A stretch of 62,759 nt of DNA, filler included, from Limisphaerales bacterium (GCA_044225505.1; 5 parts of 5 records of this genome joined end to end with filler, not necessarily neighbours in it); one strand, 5' to 3'. Counted from the first letter of the whole stretch, positions 9,342 to 19,494 are shown. Program-made: numbers and translations. Notes: generated by a model from the sequence alone, not told the origin.

Positions 9342-9429
9342 AACACGGATACGAAACGGTGTTAACAGGGCAATGACACGGTGTTTATCCGTGTCTATTC
9401 CGTGTTATTTCCGAGTCAATTCCGTGTTA
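9342..9429. repeat. Array of eight 11-bp units: four ACACGG-type followed by four inverted CCGTGT-type
   Basis: GG cores at 9347/9358/9369/9380 and CC cores at 9389/9400/9411/9422, in the divergent dapF/shc intergenic region. Confidence 0.8.
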
Positions 9430-9495
9430 TATCTGGACCAAGACGCTCGAAAGGTGCTTCCTAGAGCGAGCAACGGCCAACAACTTTGAAAACGT

Positions 9496-11648
9496 GTGCC
9501 TATCAGCAGACGCCTTAAAAACCCGCCAGCGAGCAAAACGATACCTCCTGGGGCTGGAAACCGGGGCCAACCGCACCGGAAAAACTGCTTTACAGCCAGT
9601 CTTGATCCCGCAAATCATCATCCTGTGTCTGGCAAACTGTTCCGCGGCCATGCCTTGAGTGAAGCGCCGCAAAATGGATCCCCGTCGGGTTTCGAGCGTG
9701 ACGCGTTAGACCGTGCGATTGCACGGTCTCAGCGGTATTTACTCAGCGTTCAGTATCCCGAGGGCTATTGGGTCGGGGAACTCATGGTCGATGCCACGCT
9801 CGTCGCCGACATGCTGGCGCACCACCACTGGAACGGAAGTGTCGATCCGGCATGGCAACGTAAGGCAATCCATCACCTTTTCTCGATGCAGCTGCCGGAT
9901 GGGGGTTGAATATCTACTATGGCGGGCCGTCCGAGGTGAATGCCACGATCAAAGCGTATCTGGCGCTCAAACTGGCGGGAGTTCCGGTGACCGACCCGCG
10001 AATGCTCCGGGCGCGAGAGATGGGGCTGAGGTTAGGCGGGGTTCCGCGGATGAATACCTTCTCGAAGCTCTATTTGGCGTTGCTGGGTCTCTTTCCCTGG
10101 GAATACGTCCCGACCATCCCGTGCGAGGTGATCCTCATCGGCAAGTGGTTCCATGTGAATTTTTACGAGATGAGCTCGTGGAGCCGGTCCATGCTTGTCC
10201 CGCTTGCCATCATTAATCACTACAAGCCGACGCGCAATCCGGGCGGGATTACGCTCCATGAATTGTATCCAGAAGGGTATCACGAGCGCGATTTGGCCTT
10301 GCCGTTCGACCGCGAGTGGTTTACTTGGCGGAACCTGTTTCTGTGGCTGGACAAGCTGCACAAATTCGCCGAGCGCTTCGCCAAACACGGAATCCATCCA
10401 TTCCGCCGGAGAGCGTTGAAGAAGGCCGAGCAATGGATGCTCGAGCGCATGCAAGGAACGGACGGACTGGCGGCGATATTTCCCGCGATGCTCAATTCGC
10501 TCATCGCGCTCAAAGCACTGGGTTATCCGGACACTCACCCGGAAGTCGTTCGCGCCGAGCGCGAATTGAAGAAACTGGAGCATGAGACCGAGAACAGTGT
10601 TCGAATTGAGCCATGTTTCTCACCGGTGTGGGACTCCGCGATTGTGGCGATCTGCCTGCACGAGTCGGGCATTCCAGCCAATCATCCAGCGTTAGAGCGA
10701 TGTGTCGATTGGATCATCGACAAGGAGATTCGCTTTCGGGGAGATTGGCAGTACAAGAACCCGGTAGACGTCGAGCCGAGCGGCTGGGCCTTCGAATACG
10801 AAAACAAGTGGAACCCCGATGTGGATGACACCGCGATGGTCCTTCTGGCTCTCCGTCGTGTTCCCACCCGTAATCCCCAACGGCGCGATGAGAGCTACCG
10901 ACGCGGGCTGAATTGGATGATGACTTTCCAGTGTCGCGACGGCGGATGGGGCGCCTTTGACAAGGATTGCACGAAGAACATTCTCGAGAAGGTCCCATTT
11001 GCGGACCACAACGCGATGCTCGACCCGGAATGTGCGGACATTACAGCTCGAATTCTCGAACTGCTGGGGCATGAGCGATATCCACTGAATCACCCTCAAG
11101 TGAAGGCGGCCCTGGACTTTGTTCGTAAACATCAGGAACCTGACGGCTCGTGGTATGGACGGTGGGGGGTCAACTACATCTATGGAACCTGGCAAGTGCT
11201 GCGCGGTCTTCATGTCCTCGGGGTCGACATGCGCCAGCCCTGGCTGCTGAAAGCTCGCGATTGGTTGATTCAAGTTCAGCACGTGGATGGCGGTTGGGGC
11301 GAACGCTGTAATACCTACGAAGACCCGGTCTTCAAAGGTCGAGGTCCAAGCACTGCCTCGCAAACCGCCTGGGCCGTGATGGGATTATGCACCTTTGAGG
11401 ATCCCGACCTGCCCAGCCTTAAACAAGGAGTTCAGTATCTGATCCGAGAACAATCAGCGGACGGGTCTTGGGCGGAGCTCGAGACAACTGGCACTGGGTT
11501 TCCGCGCGTTTTCTATCTAAAATACGACATGTACCGGAACGCCTGGCCGCTCCTCGCTTTGGCTACCTACGAAAAGTTGTTATCCAAAGCGCCGTCAGAG
11601 ACCAACGGCCATTACCAAGCGCTGCCACAAGCGGCGACGACGAGTTAA
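9496..11648 (+). CDS. shc: Squalene-hopene cyclase; single frameshift near 9905, start uncertain
   Basis: QYPEGYW, DVDDTA catalytic motif, QW repeats (QCRDGGW, QEPDGSW, QHVDGGW). DGGWNIY is broken by one missing G at gat ggg ggt tg(g) aat. Confidence 0.95.
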
Positions 11649-11690
11649 GGTCGCGCACTTCGAAAACCGATCCGTGGCTCCCCGGGACCG

Positions 11691-12353
11691 ATGCGCCGGA
11701 CGCCCTATTCCAACGTTTTAGCCTGCTTCGCGGTCCGTGAAGAAGGCCGATTCTTCATGCCTCCCGCTTCTGTCGCGGTCCTGCACACAGGAATGGGCCG
11801 AGCGAATGCGGTGCGAACGGCCCGCGCCGCGGTGGAGCGCCAACGTCCCGAATGCGTGTTGACCTGCGGTTTTGCCGGCGGCCTTCGCCCGGACTTAACC
11901 TTCGGAACGGTGCTCTACTCTGCGGATCCGGCCTTGAACAACGATTGGGATGGTGCGTTCCGACAGGCAGGCGCCGTCGCCGGAGATTTCTTTTGTGCGC
12001 CTAGTGTGGCCGTCACCGCCCAACAAAAGCGGGACCTTTGGGCCGCTCACGGGGCCGACGCGGTCGACATGGAATCGCAAGCCATTCGGGAGCTTTGCCA
12101 AGAAATGAAGATTCCAAGTGCCACCCTCCGCGTGATATCCGATGCCGCGGACGAGAACCTGCCCTTGGATTTCAATGCGCTGATGAACGATCGGATGGAG
12201 ATCCGGTATGGACAGCTGGCCTGGTTCGTGGTCTCGCATCCGTGGGTGATCCCCAAACTAGTCCGACTGCAGCGTCGAACGCAAGAGGCGGCGCGCCGAT
12301 TGGGGACGGTGCTGGAAAACTTACTTGGGAAACAGGGTCTCGCTCTGCGCTGA
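11691..12353 (+). CDS. Nucleoside phosphorylase family protein (HpnG-like, hopanoid-associated)
   Basis: TGMG, GFAGGL, AVDMES, LRVISD motifs; lies directly after shc. Confidence 0.8.
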   Translation: MRRTPYSNVLACFAVREEGRFFMPPASVAVLHTGMGRANAVRTARAAVERQRPECVLTCGFAGGLRPDLTFGTVLYSADPALNNDWDGAFRQAGAVAGDFFCAPSVAVTAQQKRDLWAAHGADAVDMESQAIRELCQEMKIPSATLRVISDAADENLPLDFNALMNDRMEIRYGQLAWFVVSHPWVIPKLVRLQRRTQEAARRLGTVLENLLGKQGLALR

Positions 12354-12779
12354 TCGAGCGACCGCCGGGGCGGCGCCTTCGACCGACGACCTGGGACTCT
12401 TTTGGCGTTCGGTCCATGTGATCAGCGCCGCCCCAAGCATAATGAGACAGACGCCAGACCAACGAAGTCCAGTCACCTGCTCATGGAGGTAGATCTTGGC
12501 CGCGATTGTAGTCACGACAAAGCTAAGCGATGTGAGCGGCCATACAAAACTGACCTCGGCCTTCGACATGAGCATTAGCAAGCCGACGAAGAATACCGCT
12601 TCAAAGAACACTCCCGATAAAATGTGAGTATTCGTCACCCCACGACCGATCAACCGACTCACTTCCACGACGTTCCACTGCTTCGCTTCGCCGATTTCCT
12701 TGAGCCCCCGGCTGAGCAGGACCACGCCTATCGCCTCAAAAACAAGGGCGATCAGAAGAATCGTTAGCATTCGAGTCAT
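12321..12779 (-). CDS. EamA/DMT family small transporter
   Basis: Four TM segments; SKAEVSFVWPLTSLSFV..HEQV...RWSGV. Confidence 0.8.
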   Translation of the reverse strand: MTRMLTILLIALVFEAIGVVLLSRGLKEIGEAKQWNVVEVSRLIGRGVTNTHILSGVFFEAVFFVGLLMLMSKAEVSFVWPLTSLSFVVTTIAAKIYLHEQVTGLRWSGVCLIMLGAALITWTERQKSPRSSVEGAAPAVARSAQSETLFPK

Positions 12780-12780
12780 A

Positions 12781-12888
12781 TTATAAATCCTGATATCGGA
12801 TCAGCAGAATACCCGCCTCGCGCACGATCTGGCGGACTTTTGGACTGATCAGTCCCTCAAATTCATCCTTAAATCTCTCCACGCATGG
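12781..12888 (-). CDS. C-terminal fragment of a ChbG/HpnK family deacetylase (cut by contig end)
   Basis: Manual translation ..DEFEGLISPKVRQIVREAGILLIRYQDL* resembles YdjC/HpnK C-termini; hopanoid context. Confidence 0.6.
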   Translation of the reverse strand, partial: PCVERFKDEFEGLISPKVRQIVREAGILLIRYQDL

Positions 12889-12988
12889 NNNNNNNNNNNN
12901 NNNNNNNNNNNNNNNNNNNNNNNNNNNNNNNNTTAATTAATTAANNNNNNNNNNNNNNNNNNNNNNNNNNNNNNNNNNNNNNNNNNNN
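12889..12988. other. Artificial contig spacer
   Basis: N44-TTAATTAATTAA-N44, giving stops in all six frames. Confidence 0.99.
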
Positions 12989-13950
12989 CCGAAGGCGTGC
13001 TCCTCCGGCTGGATCTGACGAACGGGCACGTGGTTTGGCAGCGCAAAACCGCCGAGGAATGGACGGTGCCTCCGGCGTTCTTCGGAGTTGGCAGCACGCC
13101 GCTCCTTGAGAGCAATTTGCTCCTGGTCATGGTGGGAGGGCAGCCCAATGCCGGCGTTGTGGCGCTCGATGCTGCCACCGGCAAAACCGTTTGGGAGAGC
13201 GTCGGCCAAAAAAGCTGGCAAGGGGCGCGCATGGTGGGATGGCCCGGTGAACCGGCCGTTCGTTGGCAGGAATGGGAAAAACAAGCCAGCTATGCGAGCC
13301 TCCGCGCCGCGACCATCCATGGCCGACGGCATTTGCTCTGTTTCATGAGGCAAGGGCTGGTCTCTTTGGACCCAAGCACCGGTGCGGTCAATTTCGTGTT
13401 CTGGTTTCGCTCGCGTGTCAATGAATCGGTCAACGCGATGACCCCGGTCGTCGTCGATGACAAGATCCTCATTTCCGCGGCCTACTACAAAGTTGGGGCG
13501 GTTTTGCTGCAAGTTCGACCCGACGGTAACGGCGTTGACGAAGTTTGGCGCAGTACGGTTCTGGAAGCCCATTGGTCTACGCCGATCTACCGCGATGGAT
13601 CGCTCTACGCATTCAGCGGTCGGAACGAACCCGATGCGCGCTTCCGTTGCATCGATTTTGCGACCGGGAAACTCCAGTGGGATCGGGACGAACACTGGGC
13701 TCCGCACAGCACGACGACGCCCGACGTGTATGGACGCGGTTCGTGCGTTTGGGTGGATGGTAAGCTGATCGTGCTGGGTGAAGGAGGGTTGCTCGGATTG
13801 TTTCAAACAGACCCGCACGAAGCTCGCGAACTGGCACGTTGGCAGGTGCCAGGGCTGCATTACCCATGCTGGGCCGCGCCGGTGATCGCCCGCCGTCAGC
13901 TTTATCTACGCTCAGAAGACCGGTTAATCTGCCTCGACCTGGCACCGTGA
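12989..13950 (+). CDS. PQQ-binding-like beta-propeller protein (5' truncated)
   Basis: Repeated LDxxTGxxxW blades, STP motifs, C-terminal WAAPVIA..LYLR. Confidence 0.88.
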
Positions 13951-14174
13951 CAGTTTCGGCCGTCCAACCGTACGGAAGCGAGTTCACAGTCCGTAAGGGA
14001 ATGAAAGAGGCAGCCGCGGGAATAGCTGTTGCACGTCTTGAACGTATCGTGAAGCGTTCATTGCTTGCGTTCGGTTCATGACCGGTCGAAAGCGCGAGAG
14101 ATCGGCTTCGGAGAGCCCAACGGACAGTGATCTTGCCTGATTCCAGCCAATCGCGAACATCGATCGTTATTCCT

Positions 14175-14229
14175 CTATAGTTCCACTATGTTTTTACTAT
14201 GTTTACGCTATGATTTGACTGATTTTACT
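14175..14229. repeat. Five 11-bp direct repeats with a CTATG-type core
   Basis: ctatagttcca/ctatgttttta/ctatgtttacg/ctatgatttga/ctgattttact at 14175, 14186, 14197, 14208 and 14219. Confidence 0.65.
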
Positions 14230-14445
14230 TACTGCAACTATTGCTGAACCTTACTTTTTTCTTCGCCATAGATCGTAATAAGGAGAAGCCACGATGTAAG
14301 GGATTGCCTATCCCCAGGCGCTGCACTCTGCCGGTTGCCCCTATTTCCCAGGAGCGTTCGCAAGAAATGTCCAACGAACGACAAGGACCGTGTTGCGCAG
14401 AGCCCCTCGAACAGGTGAGAGTGGCTCTCAGGAAAAAGAACCGAA

Positions 14446-15201
14446 ATGACTGCAAAACCGGATCGAACAGCTTGGCTGCAGGGCGGGGAAGCGAAATGCA
14501 AAACGCAACCGCGCCGGCAACTTCAACCGCGCCGTTTGGTGCTGCTTGGCGCACCTGGGATTGGCAAAGGCACTCAAGCTGAGCTGCTTTGCTCTGAGCT
14601 CGGGACGTGCCACCTGTCCACGGGCGATGTCTTTCGGGCCGCGAAAACATTGGACCCCTGCGAGCGCAGTCCGGCGCTGGATTCGGCGTTGGACTTCATG
14701 AAGAAGGGAGAGCTCGTTCCAGATTCGACGGTGCTCGATATGATTCGGGAAAGGTTCCGGTGTTTGACGTGTTACGGCGGGTTTCTGCTGGACGGATTTC
14801 CGCGAACGGTGGTGCAAGCCGAAGCGTTACAATCGTTGCTTCACGAGCATCAAGTGACACTGGAAGGGGTCTTGAGCTACGAGATGCCCATCGACAAGGT
14901 GGTCGCGCGCTTGAGCGGGCGCCGCACGTGTGCGGGCTGCAAGGCGGTCTTTCATGTCACCGGACGCCCTCCAAAGAAGGAAGGCATTTGTGATCATTGC
15001 GGAGGCAAGTTGTATCAGCGCGAAGACGATCGGCCCGAAGCGATCCGAGTGCGCATGGAAGCCTACGAAAAGAGTACTGCCCCACTCACTGAGTTTTACC
15101 GACGGCAAGGATTGCTCGTGACTATCTCGGCGGAGGGTTCCCCGGAAGAGATATGCCGTCGTTCAGTATCCGCCCTCAATGCACGAGCGCTCGCTGGTTA
15201 A
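14446..15201 (+). CDS. adk: Adenylate kinase with Zn-type LID
   Basis: LLGAPGIGKGTQ, STGDVFR, GELVPD, LDGFPRT, CAGC...CDHC, QREDD. Confidence 0.96.
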   Translation: MTAKPDRTAWLQGGEAKCKTQPRRQLQPRRLVLLGAPGIGKGTQAELLCSELGTCHLSTGDVFRAAKTLDPCERSPALDSALDFMKKGELVPDSTVLDMIRERFRCLTCYGGFLLDGFPRTVVQAEALQSLLHEHQVTLEGVLSYEMPIDKVVARLSGRRTCAGCKAVFHVTGRPPKKEGICDHCGGKLYQREDDRPEAIRVRMEAYEKSTAPLTEFYRRQGLLVTISAEGSPEEICRRSVSALNARALAG

Positions 15202-15224
15202 ATAAGGTGCCTGAAAACACCGCT

Positions 15225-15257
15225 TGGGACGCTCTGCAAAGAGCGTCCCATTTTTTT
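15225..15257 (+). terminator. Intrinsic terminator after adk
   Basis: tgggacgctct-gcaa-agagcgtccca followed by T7. Confidence 0.9.
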
Positions 15258-15329
15258 TGAAGAGATTCACTAGTCCCGGCGAGCGCCACGCCAAATCGCC
15301 ATGGCGCACGGAGGGAGCGGCAAGAGGAA

Positions 15330-16010
15330 TTACTTCGTCGAGCCGGTCGAGGCTGCGGGAGCCGCGCCTTGAGGCACCTGGAGCTTTTGCCCGACGAGAA
15401 TGCGGTCCGTTTTTAGATTGCTGGCCGCGCGTATCGCCTTCGGCGTTGTGTGATGGGCTTTGGCAATCTTCGTGAGCGTGTCGCCAGTCTTGACCACATA
15501 AGTAACGGCAGGCCCATCCGGGAGGGCAGGAGTGGACTTGGCGGATTCTATTGTCGCTGCCTTGACGGGCTTGGTGGGAGTCGTATGGAGCGGTTCCAAA
15601 GAATCGGAGACGGTATTGGCCGCGGTTGGATTCGCCACGACCGTAGGCAGCGGAGGAGGTGCATCCGTGTGGACCGTGGTGGGCTGGGTGGTCACGGTCG
15701 CTGGGGCCGGTACAGGCGCGGGGATGACAGGAGCTTTTTCCTCTTCACGCGCAACCGGGTTCGGCGATGTGGCTGACGGCAGCGGCGGCAAATCGTTGGT
15801 TAGGGCCTCATGACCGTTACCCGCTGTTTCCTGGCGTTTGCAGCCTTGGATGAGCAACCCGGCCAGAATCACGAGGTGCACCGCGATCAACGCACAGACG
15901 GTCAGGACCAATTTGGAATTGCTGCGAGGCTCGGGGCGCTGCAGGGGCGAACCTGGAGGAATGATAGGCTTGCTGCTCATAACAAGGGCCATCCTGGCCA
16001 AGTTGGGCAT
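15330..16010 (-). CDS. Membrane-anchored LysM peptidoglycan-binding protein
   Basis: TM helix, Pro/Thr-rich linker, YVVKTGDTLTKIAK..GQKLQVP. Confidence 0.9.
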   Translation of the reverse strand: MPNLARMALVMSSKPIIPPGSPLQRPEPRSNSKLVLTVCALIAVHLVILAGLLIQGCKRQETAGNGHEALTNDLPPLPSATSPNPVAREEEKAPVIPAPVPAPATVTTQPTTVHTDAPPPLPTVVANPTAANTVSDSLEPLHTTPTKPVKAATIESAKSTPALPDGPAVTYVVKTGDTLTKIAKAHHTTPKAIRAASNLKTDRILVGQKLQVPQGAAPAASTGSTK

Positions 16011-16016
16011 CGCTCG

Positions 16017-17405
16017 TCAAGATGCCAATGGCTTGGAGTTGACAGGGTCCAGAAGCCCATATTTTTTTAGCTTATACTGCAAGGCGCGACGGCTGATGCC
16101 GAGGGCCTTGGCCGCTTGCTCACGGTGGGAGGCCACGTGCAAAAGAGTCTGGCGGATGAGAAGCTTCTCCACATCCGCGAGGGAAGTGCCAGGGCGCACG
16201 TTAAAGGTAATGGAATTTTGATCGTGCTGCCTGAGAAAGTCCGGCAGATCAGGCACATCCACGACGGAGTTGCGGCAGGTAATGACGAGCCTTTCGATCA
16301 TGTTGCGGAGCTGGCGGACGTTGCCCGGCCAAGGAAAGCGCTGGCAGAGCTGGGTGGCCGCGTTCGACATGGTTTTGCGCCGGCGCTTATGTTTCGCCGC
16401 AAAATGATCGAAGAATCGGTCCATCAGCAAAGGAATATCCTCGGCACGATCGCGAAGCGGAGGCATGGAAATGGGGACGACTTGAAGCCGGTAAAACAAG
16501 TCTTCGCGAAAGCGTCCTGCGGCCACGGCGTCCGCGAGCTTTTTATTGGTCGCGGCAATCACCCGCACGTTGACTCGAATCAATTCGGTTCCACCGACAG
16601 GCCGGAAACAACCATCTTCCAAAACGCGCAAGAGATCGCCTTGCCCTTTCGGCGAAAGGTCACCGATTTCATCCAAGAAAAGCGACCCGCCCTCCGCAAG
16701 TTGGAATCGGCCCGGTTTATTGTGCATGGCGCCCGTGAAGGCGCCTTTCGCATGGCCAAAGAGTTCCGCTTCGAGGAGCTGTTCGTGCAAAGCGGCGCAA
16801 TTGACCGAGATGAACGGGCGATCGCGCCGCGGACTTTTGAGATGAATCGCGCGGGCGACAATCTCTTTACCCGTGCCGCTGTCCCCTTCGATCAGGACGG
16901 TGACATCGCTGGAAGCGACTTCGTCAATGAGCCGCGCCACCGCGCGCATGCTCTCGCTTTCTCCGACGAGCGGGCTGGGCTCGGACCGTTTCTGGAGGCG
17001 GAGACGGAGTTCGTTGTTTTCGGCTACGAGCGCTTGAAACTCGAGAGCCTTTTGCGTCAAGGCGCGCAAGCGTTGCATGTCCAGAGGCTTGGCCAAGTAA
17101 TCGTAAGCGCCTTGTTTCATGGCGTCGACGGCGCCTTCGACCGTGCCGTAAGCCGTCATGAGAATGAACAGGGTATCGCGACTTTTCTCTTTGACGCGGG
17201 TCAGCAGTTCCAGCCCGGTCATCTGCGGCATGCGATAATCGGTAAGGACCAGGTTATAGAGCGCGGCGTCCGTCAGAGCCAACGCGGAGGCGGCGTCGGT
17301 GGCGGCGTCGACCGCGTACCCCTCCCGTTGCAGGGCTTCCTGAATGCCGGCACACAAGCCGCGCTCGTCATCGACCACCAGGATTCGGATCCGGGATTTA
17401 TCCAT
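16017..17405 (-). CDS. Sigma54-dependent response regulator (NtrC/AtoC family)
   Basis: REC (VVDD, D, KP), GDSGTGKE, ELFGHAKGAFTGA, FLDEI, WPGNVRQL, Fis HTH. Start is the ATG at 17405, overlapping the kinase 3' end. Confidence 0.95.
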   Translation of the reverse strand: MDKSRIRILVVDDERGLCAGIQEALQREGYAVDAATDAASALALTDAALYNLVLTDYRMPQMTGLELLTRVKEKSRDTLFILMTAYGTVEGAVDAMKQGAYDYLAKPLDMQRLRALTQKALEFQALVAENNELRLRLQKRSEPSPLVGESESMRAVARLIDEVASSDVTVLIEGDSGTGKEIVARAIHLKSPRRDRPFISVNCAALHEQLLEAELFGHAKGAFTGAMHNKPGRFQLAEGGSLFLDEIGDLSPKGQGDLLRVLEDGCFRPVGGTELIRVNVRVIAATNKKLADAVAAGRFREDLFYRLQVVPISMPPLRDRAEDIPLLMDRFFDHFAAKHKRRRKTMSNAATQLCQRFPWPGNVRQLRNMIERLVITCRNSVVDVPDLPDFLRQHDQNSITFNVRPGTSLADVEKLLIRQTLLHVASHREQAAKALGISRRALQYKLKKYGLLDPVNSKPLAS

Positions 17406-18135
17406 GGCCACCTCCAGCAGGCCGCAACGGCAAACGCAAACGAAAAATAGCACCGCCCGTGGCGGCGTTAGCAGCTTCCAAACGGCCCCCGTGAGCGACC
17501 GCGATCTGTTGGGCGATCCAAAGACCCAGTCCACTGCCTTCCTCTTTGGTGGTAAAATAAGGTTCAAACAGGGCCGCCAGCTTCTCGGAAGGCACTCCCG
17601 GACCCGAGTCTTGCACCTCGATCTCGATCGAGTCCTCGGAGGCCAGAGAAGCCCGCACGGCGATGCGGCCGCGATTCTCGACCGCTTGCAAGGCATTGAT
17701 CATCAGGTTCAACAAAGCTTGGGTTAATTGGACTCCGTCAGCGAGCAAGCGCGGCACTTCGGGCGAGAGATCGATGGCCAGCTCGATCTGGCGCGCCGCG
17801 GCCTCCGGCGCCAATAATTTGCAGACATGATGCACAATGGACGCCAGTTCCACGGTCTCTAATTCCAAGGTCGACGGGGACGCGAGACGAAGGAAGCGTT
17901 TGACGATGTTCTCCAGACGGGCCAGTTCACCCCGGATGATCTGGAGACGTTGCCGCGTTTGGGGAGCGGCTGACGCCAAATCTTCGTCCAGTAATTGCAC
18001 GTGAATATCCAGGGAACTCAACGGATTGCGGATTTCATGGGCAAGCCGGCCGAGTAATCGGGCGAGCACGTCCCGTTGCTCCGCTGCACCGGAAAGTGCC
18101 TCGGCACCCTGAGCAATTGGGCTGGGCACATCCAT
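17398..18135 (-). CDS. Histidine kinase, HisKA plus HATPase only
   Basis: LAHEIRNPL, NLMINALQA, DSGPGV, FEPYFTTK, GSGLGL. Confidence 0.92.
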   Translation of the reverse strand: MDVPSPIAQGAEALSGAAEQRDVLARLLGRLAHEIRNPLSSLDIHVQLLDEDLASAAPQTRQRLQIIRGELARLENIVKRFLRLASPSTLELETVELASIVHHVCKLLAPEAAARQIELAIDLSPEVPRLLADGVQLTQALLNLMINALQAVENRGRIAVRASLASEDSIEIEVQDSGPGVPSEKLAALFEPYFTTKEEGSGLGLWIAQQIAVAHGGRLEAANAATGGAIFRLRLPLRPAGGGHG

Positions 18136-18671
18136 GACGAGAATAGCTTACAAACAGAAGCGCTTCTCCGCCACCCCATTCGGAGGGGTTGCAAAAGAAG
18201 CCAAGCGAGCCGAACGGAAGGGGTTACTCTGGCAGCAGCAGATACTGGACAACGTATTGGCGCCCGACCCCGTACCAGGTATGGCTGGAAACGGTGCAAC
18301 TCGTGCCGTTACGGGAACATTTGTTTTCCAGCGCATAATAGACTTCAACAAATTCCGAAGAGGCACTCGCGGCAACCACGCTTTTCTCTTGGTGAGTCTC
18401 GTTCCAAAGGAAAATAGTTGTTAACTCATGCAGCATACGAAGGCGGCGTTGACAAGCCGTGATGAATGAATGCAATTGGCAGTGACTTTTCGACACGGCA
18501 TCCGGCACCGACACCGTCGCCGTGCCTCGGAACTTAAGGGTAGCGCAACACCGAGGCTTCACGTGTGTTGGCAAAAGATGAACATCTCTTGGCGCTCCAA
18601 CGTGCGCCTCTCCAGGACTTGACGGGCGGACCGAGCTAATCCACAGGTATCCGAGCAAGGAACAGGATTTT

Positions 18672-19376
18672 ATGACAGATCAACGCACCGCACTCGTCAC
18701 AGGCGCCAACCGGGGTATTGGGCTCGAGGTCGCCCGTCAACTCAGTCACCGAGGATTCCATGTTTTCCTGGGAGTGCGCCACCCGGAAGCAGGCGTCAAA
18801 GCTTGCGCTGAGTTAGGCAAAGGCAAAGCTAAGCTGGACTGGGTGGAGATGGATATGACGAAGGACGAAAGCATCCGCGCGGCGGTGAAGAAAGTGAGTT
18901 CCTCGACAGATCACCTCGACGTGTTGGTCAACAACGCCGGGATTTGTGAAGACGCGTCGAGTTCTATCCTGGATTTAGAGGTCGCGGTGGTGTGGCGAAC
19001 GCTCGCTACGAACACGGTTGGCCCGCTCTTGGCCTTGCAGCACTTCCTGCCGTTGCTGCGTAAGAGCCAGGCTGGGCGAGTGATCAATGTCTCAAGCGGC
19101 CTGGGAGCCCTCCATCAAATGGGCAGCGGCTATCCGAGCTATCGCCTCTCCAAAGCCGCTTTGAACGCTTTCACGCGAATTGCCGCTGCGGAGCTTGGCA
19201 CCGCAAAGATCGCGGTCAACTCCGTCTCCCCGGGATGGGTGCGAACGGACATGGGCGGACCCGACGCCACCAGTTCCCTGGAAGAAGGGGCGGACACGAT
19301 TGTCTGGCTCGCGACCGAAGCTCCCCAAAGTTTGACCGGTCAATTTGTCGAGGATCGGAAAACGATCGCCTGGTAA
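18672..19376 (+). CDS. SDR family oxidoreductase
   Basis: TGANRGIG, NNAG, NVSS, YRLSK, PGWVRTDMGG. Confidence 0.95.
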   Translation: MTDQRTALVTGANRGIGLEVARQLSHRGFHVFLGVRHPEAGVKACAELGKGKAKLDWVEMDMTKDESIRAAVKKVSSSTDHLDVLVNNAGICEDASSSILDLEVAVVWRTLATNTVGPLLALQHFLPLLRKSQAGRVINVSSGLGALHQMGSGYPSYRLSKAALNAFTRIAAAELGTAKIAVNSVSPGWVRTDMGGPDATSSLEEGADTIVWLATEAPQSLTGQFVEDRKTIAW

Positions 19377-19454
19377 CCCCGCAGCAATACTTGCGACGTC
19401 CGTAAAACTCAGCGGCGTTGCAGAGAGTCACGATCAATCAATCGCCTGTGAAAG

Positions 19455-19494
19455 TCGAAACCTGCGGCGGGTCCCGCGGACACAGCCGCGCTCC
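19455..19494. repeat. REP-like hairpin, family 1
   Basis: tcgaaacctgcggcgggtcccgcggacacagccgcgctcc; near-identical copies at 26167-26206 and 37651-37690. Confidence 0.85.

Noticed and set aside
12933..12944. TTAATTAATTAA motif occurring four times
   Set aside because: Synthetic six-frame stop linker inside the N spacers.
13990..14160. Possible structured ncRNA after the propeller gene
   Set aside because: Only short hairpins, with no recognisable family motif.
16116..17450. Long antisense ORFs (also 3090-3974, 21811-22986, 42495-43805)
   Set aside because: Shadows of well-supported genes on the opposite strand in GC-rich DNA.
18290..18310. CGGCACGAGTTGCA on the minus strand as a sigma54 promoter
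   Set aside because: GG-to-GC spacing is 8 nt rather than the required 10.
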